From: a bacterium
GTDB taxonomy: Archaea > Thermoplasmatota > E2 > JACPAO01 > JAHFTW01
Length of the DNA stretch: 64,000 nucleotides
Direction of reading: 5' to 3'
NCBI GenBank assembly: GCA_040390065.1
Contig: JAZJZE010000011.1
Span: forward strand, 162,367-226,366
Positions 1-9,952 of this stretch are shown one piece after another (within the stretch, counting starts at the first letter, position 1; each line of letters starts with the position of its first letter). Under the pieces are notes generated by a model. The model did no database searches and was not told where the DNA came from. It was given only the letters and a program-made list of their open reading frames with translations. The position numbers and the translations under genes were made by a program.

Positions 1-1
1 G

Positions 2-2299
2 GCGGGCACACAGCACAGCCTGGGCGCCGGCTACGGCATGGACCGGGTCCTCTCATTGCCGCCCATCCCGGAAGGTGCAACGCTGCAGCTCGAGGGACGT
101 GCCACCGATGCGTCCGGCCTGACAAGCCCATGGACGGGCATCGCGGTCCTCACCGACCGCACGGCGCCTGCGGTCGAGATTCCCGGGCCCTGCATCAGCA
201 ACGACGCGACGGTGCACTACTGGGCTGCAGACCACGCGCCCGAGGGCTCCGGGCTGCGGGCCTCCGGCCTTGGGCAGATCCGCCTGCGCGCCGAGCGCAT
301 CGATGACGCCTCCTGGAGCCGCAGCTTCAAGGCCGATCTTTCCGGCGACGCCGCCAACGGCACGTGGAAGATCCCCGATGCCAAGGGCGGCCTGTACAAG
401 ATTACGGCAGCCGCCTCCGACTTGGCTGGCCAGGCCGGCACGTTCGAGGGCGTCTTCATCGTCGATGCCGGCGCGCCCATCATCACCGTCGCTAACGGGC
501 TTGCGACACTCGAATCGATTGCTCCGACCGGGGGCTACCTTGGCGCAGCGGCGGCCGAACTCCTCGGCCCGGCGCCCGGCAAGGACCTGCCGCTGGCCGG
601 CACCATCGACGACCAATTCGGGTGCGGCATTGCGCACGTCAACGTCGACGTCCAAGTGGGTGATGGAGAGTGGCAGACCAAATGGTCCGCCGACTACGCC
701 GACCCGCAGCCGACGGTGACGCTGCCTGCCGACCTTGCCCTCCGCCTCGACGACCTCGAAGGCCAGCGCTTCGCCGTGCGCATCCAGGTGGACGACGCGG
801 GCAACAACCACGTGGAGTGGGCCACCAACGGCACCATCCTGCCCGACTACGGGTTCCCCGTCGTGACGCTCGCGCCGGCGCCCCCGATCTGCTCCGGCGG
901 CGCGGCCATCGCATTCGAATGGGGCGCAAGCGAAGCGGTCCTCGGCGACCTCGAGGTCAGCCAACTCCAGGACGCGACACTCCGCATCCTAAGTAGCGGC
1001 GCCGTCCTCGACACCATCGTCGCCGGATTCCTGCCAGGTGCCGCGGCGTGGAATGGCACCTTCACGTTCACGGCGCCGGGCGCCGGCGTGTACACCTTCG
1101 TCGTGACGGCGCACGACCGTGCCGGCAACGAGGCGACCCTCCTGGCTGGCCCGACCATCGTGGACACGATGCCGCCCGACCTGTCCGCGGGCGGCTGGTT
1201 CGGCCAGTCCCTCACGACCACCATCCTGTCTGCCAACGACGTGGCGCAGAACGCTGGCGGCGTCGACCTGATCGGCACGGCGCAGGAGGTCGGCGACTTC
1301 TCGTGCGGCTTGGCCAACACCGCAATCGAGGTCAGCGAGGACCACGGCGCGACGTGGCAGCCCATCGCGGCGAACACGCAGGCGGAGAGCCCGGCCACCG
1401 TCGCGGCGACGCTATCCTTGAGCGCCTACGACGGGCAACGCATCCAGGTACGACTCGCCGGCGAGGACTTGGCTGGAAACGCCGCGACGTGGCCCGCTGC
1501 GCCGCATGACATCCTCATCGACACGACGCCTCCGGCCTTCGTCGGGGCGCCTTCCCTGCCCTCCGCCACTCCCTCGAGCTTCACGGCGGGATGGTCGGCG
1601 ACGGACCCGCCGGGCGCCGGCGGCGAGGCTTCGGGGTTGGCCTGGCAGATGTGGGAACTCATCCCGGGGACGGACGCGACGCAGTCGGCGCAATCCTACG
1701 GCATGGGCGGCTCCGCCTTCATCGCGCTCGATGGCCTGCCGTTTGGCACCTACACCTTGCGCTTGACCCTGGGTGACCACGCGGGCAACACGTTCACGTG
1801 GCATGCGGCCTTCGCGTACTCGCCGTTTGCCCCGCCGCCTGCGCCGGACACGGGCGGCGGCGCGCCGACCGGCGGGTCAGGACCTGGCGGGTCTGGCGGT
1901 TCGGGCGGCGCTCCGGGAGGCGACGCACCAGGCGGCGGCACGTCAGGCGATGCGGTCGACGCCGGCGCCACTGCGACGGAGCACGTCGCGGCGACGAGCA
2001 ACGCCGCCACGGCCGCAGCCAACGCCACAGGCGCAGGGCCGAGCGTCCAGGAGAACGTCACCATCGCGCCGAGCGGCAACGTCACGGTGACGGTCGACGG
2101 GACGGCCACGGCTCCGGACGCGGCGCCGCTTGCCGAAGCGCCGCCCACGGCCACCGTCGGGACCTTGGCCAGCCTTATCGAGAGCCTGTTCGGCGGTGGT
2201 GGCCAGCCCGCCCCATCGGCGGGGCAGGTCGTGCAAAGTCTGTCGGACGCCGCCGCATCGGCGTGGGCCTGGCTTGTCGCGGCCTCGCATGGCGGGTAG
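2..2299 (+). CDS. Large surface/secreted protein with tandem Ig-like (Big) domains, 5'-truncated
   Basis: Frame open from window start; repeated D-x-AG-N/Q motifs and D-x-x-(A/P)P linkers; Gly/Pro/Thr-rich tail. Confidence 0.7.
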   Translation, partial: AGTQHSLGAGYGMDRVLSLPPIPEGATLQLEGRATDASGLTSPWTGIAVLTDRTAPAVEIPGPCISNDATVHYWAADHAPEGSGLRASGLGQIRLRAERIDDASWSRSFKADLSGDAANGTWKIPDAKGGLYKITAAASDLAGQAGTFEGVFIVDAGAPIITVANGLATLESIAPTGGYLGAAAAELLGPAPGKDLPLAGTIDDQFGCGIAHVNVDVQVGDGEWQTKWSADYADPQPTVTLPADLALRLDDLEGQRFAVRIQVDDAGNNHVEWATNGTILPDYGFPVVTLAPAPPICSGGAAIAFEWGASEAVLGDLEVSQLQDATLRILSSGAVLDTIVAGFLPGAAAWNGTFTFTAPGAGVYTFVVTAHDRAGNEATLLAGPTIVDTMPPDLSAGGWFGQSLTTTILSANDVAQNAGGVDLIGTAQEVGDFSCGLANTAIEVSEDHGATWQPIAANTQAESPATVAATLSLSAYDGQRIQVRLAGEDLAGNAATWPAAPHDILIDTTPPAFVGAPSLPSATPSSFTAGWSATDPPGAGGEASGLAWQMWELIPGTDATQSAQSYGMGGSAFIALDGLPFGTYTLRLTLGDHAGNTFTWHAAFAYSPFAPPPAPDTGGGAPTGGSGPGGSGGSGGAPGGDAPGGGTSGDAVDAGATATEHVAATSNAATAAANATGAGPSVQENVTIAPSGNVTVTVDGTATAPDAAPLAEAPPTATVGTLASLIESLFGGGGQPAPSAGQVVQSLSDAAASAWAWLVAASHGG

Positions 2300-2381
2300 G
2301 CGTTGCCCTCGGTTGCCCATCCAAGAGCCCACCGTTGCGGCCGAACGCCCTAAATAGCGGCAGATGCACCTTCCACTTGCA

Positions 2382-3503
2382 GTGAAGACCCTCATCCTGT
2401 GCGTCGACCGCGACGACGACTTGGGGACGAAGGCGGGAGCCGTCACACCCCTCGTCGGACGCCGCCGCAACCTGGAGGCCGCCGTGGCCTTGGGCTTGGC
2501 CGATCCTGAGGATTCCGACACGAACGCCCTGTTTGCTGCCATCCATCTCTACGACAAGGAATTGGCGGCGACGCAAGGCGGCGGCAACCCGGTCGAGGTC
2601 GCCTGCGTGGCCGGCCATCGCAGCCTTGGCCTGCAAGCCGACCGCAAGATCTCGGCGGAACTCGAGGAAGTCCTTGCGGCCGTGCGGCCCGACCAGGTCA
2701 TCCTCGTGTCCGACGGCGCCGAGGACGAGCAGATCCTGCCCCTCCTGCACAGCCGGGCCAAGGTCGTGCACGTGCACCGCAGCGTCGTCAAGCAGGCACC
2801 CCGCCTCGAGGGGTTCTACTACGTCATCACGCGGCTCTTGGACGACGAGAAGCAGGCCAAGCGTTTCGTCCTGCCCTTCGCCATCGTCCTTCTGATCTGG
2901 GGCATCGCCTACATCCTCGGCATCCAGGCGTACGCATGGGGCGCAACCCTCGCCATCCTCGGCTCGTGGCTCATCGTGCACGCCATGAAGTGGGAGACCA
3001 AGTTCGGCCGCTTCTTCCACGATCTTGCCGAGGCGGCAAAGGGCGGATGGCTGAGCCTGTTTGCCAACCTGTTCATGGTGTTCATCTTCGTCCTCGGCCT
3101 GCGCCAAGGCTACGTCGCCTCGGAGGAGCACCGCGCCCCCCTCGGATCCGTCGTGCACCACCCTATCCTCCTGAAGGGCGCCGTGTTCATGCAGGAGTTC
3201 TGGTGGTACCTCGTAAGCGGCGTGCTCGTCCAGACCGCCGGCGGACTCATGAACGCCATCCTGCGCACCGGTCGCGTAGGCATGGGCCGCGGCCTCGCCG
3301 CGTTCACCCTGATCGCAATGGGCTTCCTTGGGTCCGTGGCCTCGGACGTCGCCGTCGGCACCTTGCAGGGGTCGTCCATCATCAAGATCATGGATCCGAC
3401 GAGGTACATGGAACTCGTCACGGGGCTGCTTCTTGCCGCCGGCCTCATCATGGTGCACCGCTACGTGCGCAGCTTCCAACGGTCGCCGCAGCCCGCGCGG
3501 TGA
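2382..3503 (+). CDS. DUF373 family archaeal membrane protein
   Basis: N-terminal LILCVDRDDDLG, DPEDSDTN and VSDGAEDE motifs, multiple TMs; GTG start ~30 nt after TATA-like TAAATA at 2351. Confidence 0.85.
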   Translation: MKTLILCVDRDDDLGTKAGAVTPLVGRRRNLEAAVALGLADPEDSDTNALFAAIHLYDKELAATQGGGNPVEVACVAGHRSLGLQADRKISAELEEVLAAVRPDQVILVSDGAEDEQILPLLHSRAKVVHVHRSVVKQAPRLEGFYYVITRLLDDEKQAKRFVLPFAIVLLIWGIAYILGIQAYAWGATLAILGSWLIVHAMKWETKFGRFFHDLAEAAKGGWLSLFANLFMVFIFVLGLRQGYVASEEHRAPLGSVVHHPILLKGAVFMQEFWWYLVSGVLVQTAGGLMNAILRTGRVGMGRGLAAFTLIAMGFLGSVASDVAVGTLQGSSIIKIMDPTRYMELVTGLLLAAGLIMVHRYVRSFQRSPQPAR

Positions 3504-3506
3504 GGC

Positions 3507-4196
3507 ATGCAGTGGGCTGATTGGGCGCCGTCGGACGCCGCCATCCGGGCCGAGTTCGGCTACAGTCTCGACGCCGACCAGGCCGCCGCCAGGGCATTGC
3601 ACGCCATCGTCCCGGCGACCAGCCGCTTTCGCGAACTCGGCGTCGAGGTCCGCAACCGCCGCAACGTCGCCGTGATCGGCGCCGGCCCCAGCCTCGCCCG
3701 CACGACGCCCTCCATCCTCGAAGGAAAAGTCGTCGTCGCCGCGGACGGCGCCGTGACCTGGCTGCGCGAAGTCCGCGTCACACCGCACGTCGTGGTCACC
3801 GACCTGGACGGCAACCCCGACGACCTCGTCTGGGCCGCGCAGCAAGGCGCCCACATGGTCGTGCATGCGCACGGCGACAACCGCGACGCCATACGTGGAC
3901 TTGCATCGCGTCTGTTGCCGCAACTCTATGGCACGTACCAGGGGCCGCCCATGCAGTTGGAGCCAATGCGCAACGTCGGCGGCTTCACGGATGGCGACCG
4001 CGCCGTCGTGCTGTGCGAAGACCTTGGAGCCCGCCAGGCGACCCTCGTCGGCTTCGACTTCGGCGCGGAGCCCAGCGCCTATTCGTACAAGTGGGACCCC
4101 AAGACGAAGCCGGCCAAACTCGCGTGGGCCGAACGCATCGTGGGACAGGTCGCGGCGCGCGGCAAGATGCGCGTCGAGCTGTACCGGCCGGCCTAG
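3507..4196 (+). CDS. mptE: 6-hydroxymethylpterin diphosphokinase, MptE-like (DUF115)
   Basis: GAGPSL, AADGA, VTDLDG, HAHGDN, GGFTDGDRA, KLAWA motifs. Confidence 0.85.
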   Translation: MQWADWAPSDAAIRAEFGYSLDADQAAARALHAIVPATSRFRELGVEVRNRRNVAVIGAGPSLARTTPSILEGKVVVAADGAVTWLREVRVTPHVVVTDLDGNPDDLVWAAQQGAHMVVHAHGDNRDAIRGLASRLLPQLYGTYQGPPMQLEPMRNVGGFTDGDRAVVLCEDLGARQATLVGFDFGAEPSAYSYKWDPKTKPAKLAWAERIVGQVAARGKMRVELYRPA

Positions 4197-4360
4197 ATCG
4201 AGGCGGCGCTTGGGCGGGCTTCGACTCCTGCTGTATGCGACCTGTCGGCCAAGAAACAGGGACGGCACCGATGACGCCGACGTCGTCCGGAAGTCCAGGA
4301 AACCGCTGAAATCGGGGAAAAATTGGTCTTCCGGTTTTCGAGGGTTCCCCGGTCTTCCAG

Positions 4361-4477
4361 GCAACGGCGGCCTGGGAGAACCCGAGACGAAAGGATAACA
4401 GGAAACGCGTTCCCCTTCTCTCCACTTGATTCTTGTTCTCTCAGGCCTCCCACACCCAGCCACGCGGCCACCTCGTG
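4361..4477 (+). repeat. Dispersed hairpin repeat, copy 1
   Basis: Similar to reverse complement of 16165-16280; ggcggcctgggagaac...gttctctcaggcctcc inverted ends; core TTCCCCTTCTCTCCA. Confidence 0.85.
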
Positions 4478-4527
4478 CGCCCCGCCGCCGTCGGAGGATG
4501 ACGTGGCCGCGCCTTGGCCTGGCCCGC

Positions 4528-4845
4528 CTACTTGTCGCTGCCGACCCACTCGAAGTATTCCTCGTTGACGCGCACGTTCCACGCCTCGATGATGGGGATG
4601 TCGTACGGGTGGTTCTCGCCCATGATGCGACGCGCCTCGTCCTCGCCGCCCGGCGTCGTTCGCGCCTCGACGATCCACTCCGATTCATCGCGGCGTTCGC
4701 CCTTCCAGCGATAGAACGAGCGCGCCTCTTGGAGGTGCACGCATGCCGCGCCGCCGTCCATGAGTCGGCTTGCAAGGGCGGCCGCTTCATGTTGCGACCC
4801 GATGGTCGTGCGGACGAGGACGAGCTTTGGTGTGCGCCAACGCAT
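4528..4845 (-). CDS. cutA: Divalent cation tolerance protein CutA
   Basis: AACV, SFYRWKG, HPYDIP and EYFEWV motifs. Confidence 0.9.
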   Translation of the reverse strand: MRWRTPKLVLVRTTIGSQHEAAALASRLMDGGAACVHLQEARSFYRWKGERRDESEWIVEARTTPGGEDEARRIMGENHPYDIPIIEAWNVRVNEEYFEWVGSDK

Positions 4846-4907
4846 GGGCCGGGCAAGGCGGTCCCTAAGAAGAAGCCTTATGCGAAACGCAGCGCTCGAA
4901 ACAACGC

Positions 4908-6344
4908 TTGGAGACGGGACTCGCGATCTTCCTCGGCCTGGTGGCCGCCTACGTCGTCTTCGTCTTCTGGCTGGTGCAGACGAAGCGGCTCGAGAAGTGG
5001 AACCTGAGCCTGATGCTCGGCATCGTGCTCATGATCCGCACGCAGAAGGGCAAGGGCACCATCGACTTCATCGCCCGGCCGAAGCGCTTCTGGAACGCCA
5101 TCGGCGACGCCGGCATCGTCCTCACCCTCACGGGCATGCTGGTCATCACGCTGTTCTTCCTTTGGTCCGTCTGGTTCGTGCTGCAGCCCAACTCGGGCGT
5201 GCCGGCCCTTGGACCGACCGAGATCTTCGTCATCCCCGGCGTGACCCCGTTCGTTCCCCTGGTCTACGGACTTCTGGGCCTCATCGTGACGCTCGTCGTG
5301 CACGAAGGCGGCCACGGCGTGCTCGCCCGCGCCAACGGCATGAAACTCAAGTCCATCGGGCTCCTCATGGCCATCGTCCCCATCGGTGCTTTCGTCGAGC
5401 CGGACGACCTCGACATGAAGGTGGCAAGTCGCCGACAGCGGCTGCGCGTCTTCGGCGCCGGCCCCGGTGTCAACTTCGGCTTCGCCGCCATCACGCTCAC
5501 GGCTTTTGCCCTCATGATGGGGGGCCTCGCACCGACGCCGGGAGGCCATGTCGCCCTGACCGTCGAGGGCGGTCCCGCGCAGACGGCCGGCATCCATGCC
5601 GCCGACTCCATCCTCGACGTCCGCCATGACACGGACGCCTCGTGGACGCACATCCCGGATTGGCCGGCAATGGTGACGTTCCTCAACGCCAGCCAGCCGG
5701 GGCAACACGTCGACGTCTTCCTGGCGGACAACACGACGCACCAAGTGGTCCTCGGCAGCGTCTTCTCCAGCCTGTCGGCGGACGGGGCGGAGGCGGTCAC
5801 GCGCGGAACACCGGAGGGCATGGCGTATTGCCGTGAACGCCTCAAGCCTGCGCCCGCTGACGGTGGCGAATGCGCGGAGCGTCTGCAGAAGATGGCCTAC
5901 ATCGGCATCCACGCCCTCCTGCCCATCGACACGAGCTATCTTGCAAACCCGCTCGGCAACGGCGGCAGCAACCTGCTGTACATGTTCTCCCTGCCGCTCG
6001 CAGAGGTCCGCGGCAGCGCCCCGGTGCTGGGCGTCTACATGCCGGCCTTCCACCAGACCCCGTTTGCCGCGGAAGTCTTCTGGCCCATGGCCAACGTGCT
6101 GTTCTGGATCTTCTGGATCAATCTCGCCGTCGGCATCACCAACATCCTGCCCATGATGCCCCTCGATGGCGGCCACATCTTCCGCGACGCGATCGGCGGC
6201 CTGTTCCAGAAAGTCAAGCCCAACATGCCGACGGAGCGGCGCGAGGCCCTCGTCACGCGCACGGCCACGACGATGAGCCTCCTCATCCTCGGCGCCTTCC
6301 TGCTCGAGATCTTCGGGCCCCACCTCATGAACGCCTTGCGTTAG
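4908..6344 (+). CDS. Site-2 protease (M50) with PDZ-like domain
   Basis: HEGGH zinc motif, GAFVEPD, AGPGVN, NILPMMPLDGG. Confidence 0.9.
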   Translation: METGLAIFLGLVAAYVVFVFWLVQTKRLEKWNLSLMLGIVLMIRTQKGKGTIDFIARPKRFWNAIGDAGIVLTLTGMLVITLFFLWSVWFVLQPNSGVPALGPTEIFVIPGVTPFVPLVYGLLGLIVTLVVHEGGHGVLARANGMKLKSIGLLMAIVPIGAFVEPDDLDMKVASRRQRLRVFGAGPGVNFGFAAITLTAFALMMGGLAPTPGGHVALTVEGGPAQTAGIHAADSILDVRHDTDASWTHIPDWPAMVTFLNASQPGQHVDVFLADNTTHQVVLGSVFSSLSADGAEAVTRGTPEGMAYCRERLKPAPADGGECAERLQKMAYIGIHALLPIDTSYLANPLGNGGSNLLYMFSLPLAEVRGSAPVLGVYMPAFHQTPFAAEVFWPMANVLFWIFWINLAVGITNILPMMPLDGGHIFRDAIGGLFQKVKPNMPTERREALVTRTATTMSLLILGAFLLEIFGPHLMNALR

Positions 6345-6433
6345 CGGCGGCGGACTGGACGCCCCAGGAGGCAGCCCTGGGCCACGAACGAAGCCCTCTT
6401 ATGAAGGCAAACCTGACGCGGACTTCGTAGGCC

Positions 6434-7846
6434 ATGGCCGTCACGCTGGAGCGCGTCAAGATCCCGGAACTCCACCCCGAGGTCCGGGTCAAGTCCTACG
6501 ACGAGGCCGTCCTCGGCTACACGCGCAAGCTCGCCATCGCCGAGGCCATGCGCTGCATCGACTGCAAGACGAAGCCCTGCACGTACGCCTGCCCCGCGCT
6601 CACCAAGGCGCCGGAGTACATCCAAGCCATCGCGGCCGGCGATTTTGACAAGTCGCTGGCCATCGCGCTCGAGACGTACCCGGTGCCTGGCACGCTCGGC
6701 CGCACATGTTTCCATCCCTGCGAGGATTCCTGTGTCGTGGGCTTCAAGGGCGAACCCGTCGCCATCTGCAGCCTCAAACGCGCCGCCTTCGACTACGGCC
6801 AGTGGCCCGAGATCGTGCGCCCAGCACCGACGGGGAAGAAGGTCGCCGTCATCGGCTCCGGCCCCGCCGGCTTGCAGGTCGCCTACGATTTGGCGCGCAA
6901 GGGCCACGCCGTCACCGTGTACGAGGCGCTCTCCAAACTCGGCGGCATGCTCACGGTCGGCATCCCCGAATACCGCCTGCCGCGCGACGTCGTCGACCAC
7001 GAAGTCGCCAAGATGGAGGAATGGGGCGTCACGTTCCGCACGAATTGGCGCCTCGGCGAAGGCGGCAACACGATGGATGCGCTTCTGGCCGCCAACGACC
7101 TCGTCTTCCTCGGCGTCGGCTGCCACAGCCCGAAAGCCATCCGCGTCCCCGGCGAAGACCTGAAGGGTGTCACGCACGCCGTCGACTGGCTGCGCCGCCT
7201 GGAGCTCGGCGACCACTACAACCTCGATGGTCAGCGCATCGTCATCATCGGCGGCGGATCGACGGCCATGGATGTCGCCCGCAACTCGCTGCGCCTCGGA
7301 GCCCGCAGCGTCCACATCGTCTACCGCCGCGGCCGCCGCGAGATGACGGCGAGCCCCGAGGAGGTCGTGCAGGCGCGTGACGAGAACATCAAGTTCCTCA
7401 TGCTCGCCAACCCGATCCAGATCATGCCGTACGCGGATGGCGCGAAGGCCGGCTTCGTCAAGGCCGTCGAATGCGTCCAGATGGACTTGGGCCCCCCCGA
7501 CGCCTCTGGCCGGCGTGCTCCGGAACCCATCGAAGGCTCCGAATTCCTGCTCGCCGCGGACCAAGTGGTCCTCGCCGTCGGCCAGAACCCGAGCCCCGTC
7601 GCGGACGCGCTCAAGGGCAAGGTCCAGCTCTCGAAGTGGGGCGACATCGTCGTCGACACCGACTGCCGCACGAGCCACAACAAGGTCTTCGCGGCCGGCG
7701 ACATCGCGCTCGGCCCCTCGAGCATCATCGAGGCCATCGCGCAGGCGCGCAAGGCGGCCCTGGCCATGCACACCGACCTCGCCAAGGCTGGGCCGGTGGC
7801 CACGAACGTCGTAGCCGCTGCCGCCGCAGCACTGCTCAAGCGGTGA
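6434..7846 (+). CDS. GltD/SudA-like NAD(P)H-dependent Fe-S flavoprotein
   Basis: RCIDCxxxPCxxxCP, GRTCxHPCE, GSGPAG, GIPEYRLP, GGGSTAMD, FAAGD. Confidence 0.9.
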   Translation: MAVTLERVKIPELHPEVRVKSYDEAVLGYTRKLAIAEAMRCIDCKTKPCTYACPALTKAPEYIQAIAAGDFDKSLAIALETYPVPGTLGRTCFHPCEDSCVVGFKGEPVAICSLKRAAFDYGQWPEIVRPAPTGKKVAVIGSGPAGLQVAYDLARKGHAVTVYEALSKLGGMLTVGIPEYRLPRDVVDHEVAKMEEWGVTFRTNWRLGEGGNTMDALLAANDLVFLGVGCHSPKAIRVPGEDLKGVTHAVDWLRRLELGDHYNLDGQRIVIIGGGSTAMDVARNSLRLGARSVHIVYRRGRREMTASPEEVVQARDENIKFLMLANPIQIMPYADGAKAGFVKAVECVQMDLGPPDASGRRAPEPIEGSEFLLAADQVVLAVGQNPSPVADALKGKVQLSKWGDIVVDTDCRTSHNKVFAAGDIALGPSSIIEAIAQARKAALAMHTDLAKAGPVATNVVAAAAAALLKR

Positions 7847-7850
7847 CCCC

Positions 7851-8255
7851 ATGGTCCGCATGACGGGCGTCACCGACGAGCCTCCCATGCGCCGCATGTG
7901 CGTTGCCCGCGGCACGCTGCTCGGCGCGCCGCACACCTTGGCATCCGATGTCTTGGCCTCCGCGCGGACGGCGGCGGTCTTCGCCGTCAAGGACTCCGGC
8001 CGCCTCCTGCCCGCGGCACCGCCCTTCTCGCTCACCGAGACCTTCTGCGACCTCGACTGGGACGGCAAGGTCCACGGCTGGACGGCGACGGTCACCGTGG
8101 TCGGCTACGCCCGGTCGAGTCTCGACACCGCGGCTCTGGCCGGGGTCGGGGCAGCCCTTCTGCAACTGTGGGAATCGACCAAGGCCGGCGATGCAGCCGC
8201 GTCGCTCACGATGCGCGCGACGGACTTCCACGTCGTGCAGAACGTCGACGGGTAG
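7851..8255 (+). CDS. Degenerate MoaC-fold protein
   Basis: MoaC-like length and pattern (DVLASARTAA...LLPAAPP...AALAGVGAALLQLWESTK) with catalytic motifs altered. Confidence 0.6.
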   Translation: MVRMTGVTDEPPMRRMCVARGTLLGAPHTLASDVLASARTAAVFAVKDSGRLLPAAPPFSLTETFCDLDWDGKVHGWTATVTVVGYARSSLDTAALAGVGAALLQLWESTKAGDAAASLTMRATDFHVVQNVDG

Positions 8256-8258
8256 TTC

Positions 8259-9440
8259 CTACACGCGCCAGCCGTGCGCGCGCGCCACGAACAGCGCCAT
8301 GCCGACCGCACCAGCCGCCAAGACGATGGCCGGCTCGGGCAACTTGCGCCAGCGCAACAGGAGAGCCAAGCCGACGACGGCAATCGCGATTGTCGGCCAG
8401 TCCACGATGGCACCACGGCCGAGGATGACGACCGCTCCCGCGATGGCTCCCGTCGCTGCCGCCGTGGCGCCGTCGACGAAGGCCCGCAACTGCGGGTGAT
8501 GTTGGTGCCTGCGGAACCATGGCGCCGGCAGGACGGTGAACAGCCAAACGGGAAGGAACATGCCAAGGGCAGCGACCAGAGCGCCTGCCGGCCCGGCGAC
8601 GAGATAGCCGATGAAGGCGACGGTGATGACGACGGGGCCAGGTGTGATGATGGCGACGGCCACGGCGTCGAGGAAGGTGCGCTCGTCCAGCCAGTGGTGC
8701 TCGACCACGACTCCTGCGTGCAGGAACGGCACGATGGCCAGGCCTGAACCGAAGACGAATGCGCCGGCCTTGGCGAAGAAGAGAAACAGCGTCGCAAGGG
8801 TGCCCGGATCTGGCACAGTGAAGGCCCACGCCAGGAGAGGGAAGGGCAGCAATGCGGCCGCCTCGCCCCCCCGTCTGGACATCCAGGCCGGAGGCGCCCG
8901 AAGGACGAGGACGAGCAGGCCCGCGGCGACGAAGAGGACGGCAAGCTCGGCTTGGAAATAGACCGTGGCCGCAAAGAGGGCAAGTGCGATGCCCCACAAG
9001 AGCGGGTCCCGGCGGTTCGTCTTCGTGGCCAATCGGTACGCGCCAATGGCGATGATGGCGATGACCGCGGCCGCGATGCCGTAGAAGGCCGCCTGCATCC
9101 ACCACAGGCCACCGTAATGCACGTAGGCCACGGCAAGGGCGACGACCATCAGGAACGACGGCAAGACGAAAGCGAGCCCTGCGAGGGTGGCGCCTGCGAC
9201 GCCGTAGCGGAAGAAGCCGATGGCCATCGCCGTCTGGGCGGCAAGCGGGCCCGGCATCACTTGCGCCAGCGCCAGGGCGAGCTTGTACTCGGCCTCGGCG
9301 ATCCAGCGGCGCGTCTCGACGAGGTCGCGGTGCATGTGCCCGACCAGCGCCACCGGTCCACCGAAGCCCGTCGTGCCGAGGCGCAGAAAGTAACGGGTCA
9401 GGCTGGGCAGGGGCGGCGCGGCTGGTGGTTCGTCCGTCAT
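8259..9440 (-). CDS. chrA: Chromate efflux transporter (CHR family)
   Basis: GFGGP, AQVMPGP, FGSG, ITPGP; two homologous halves. Confidence 0.9.
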   Translation of the reverse strand: MTDEPPAAPPLPSLTRYFLRLGTTGFGGPVALVGHMHRDLVETRRWIAEAEYKLALALAQVMPGPLAAQTAMAIGFFRYGVAGATLAGLAFVLPSFLMVVALAVAYVHYGGLWWMQAAFYGIAAAVIAIIAIGAYRLATKTNRRDPLLWGIALALFAATVYFQAELAVLFVAAGLLVLVLRAPPAWMSRRGGEAAALLPFPLLAWAFTVPDPGTLATLFLFFAKAGAFVFGSGLAIVPFLHAGVVVEHHWLDERTFLDAVAVAIITPGPVVITVAFIGYLVAGPAGALVAALGMFLPVWLFTVLPAPWFRRHQHHPQLRAFVDGATAAATGAIAGAVVILGRGAIVDWPTIAIAVVGLALLLRWRKLPEPAIVLAAGAVGMALFVARAHGWRV

Positions 9441-9652
9441 CGCCGCAGGTACCAGACCCAATCCTCACCCATGGCGACGTAGAGGGCATAGACACCGACG
9501 CCAGCTGCAGCGGAGATGGCAAGCGCCCACCACACTGCGCGCAGGTCGGGCTTGGCTCCGATGGGGGTGCGACCGAGGCGCCGGAGAAGCGTCGCAAGGG
9601 TGCCGAAGACGCCCGCCATCACGACGGCACCCCAGGGCAGCCAATCCGTCAT
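9437..9652 (-). CDS. Small two-TM hypothetical protein
   Basis: Two hydrophobic segments; ATGA overlap with chrA start. Confidence 0.55.
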   Translation of the reverse strand: MTDWLPWGAVVMAGVFGTLATLLRRLGRTPIGAKPDLRAVWWALAISAAAGVGVYALYVAMGEDWVWYLRR

Positions 9653-9683
9653 GGGCGCGCATGCTCGTGGGCGTATTTGTCTA

Positions 9684-9952
9684 GAGGTCATTGCATAGCT
9701 TCCAGGGTGCCTGCGTCGTTTTCCGGCCTTCGCGATCCTGGCGGGGGCGGTCGCCGGCGGGCCGGAAGTCCGCCAAGACCGCCGGCGCCAGGAGTGTGTG
9801 GCCGGAAAACGACCCGCAAGGGCGCGCCGCTTTGCGGCGGATTGCGTCGTCGCCTGGACCTCGTCGTGGCGCTGCCACGAAGTCGGCCCAACCTCCTAGC
9901 ACTCCTTGCAAACCGGCGCGCGCAGGCCTCCTGGAGGTTATGCAATGACCTC
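9684..9952. mobile_element. 269-bp MITE with 32-bp imperfect TIRs and TA duplication
   Basis: GAGGTCATTGCATAGCTTCCAGGGTGCCTGCG vs reverse-complemented right end GAGGTCATTGCATAACCTCCAGGAGGCCTGCG; TA at 9682-9683 and 9953-9954. Confidence 0.85.

Noticed and set aside
1830-1950. Gly/Pro-rich repeat as a DNA repeat element
   Set aside because: Low-complexity linker inside a coding region
2175-4856. Long antisense or alternate-frame ORFs (also 33895-35916, 52612-55410, 55495-58752 and the 5' part of 40820-43501)
   Set aside because: Shadow ORFs expected from high GC3 coding on the opposite strand
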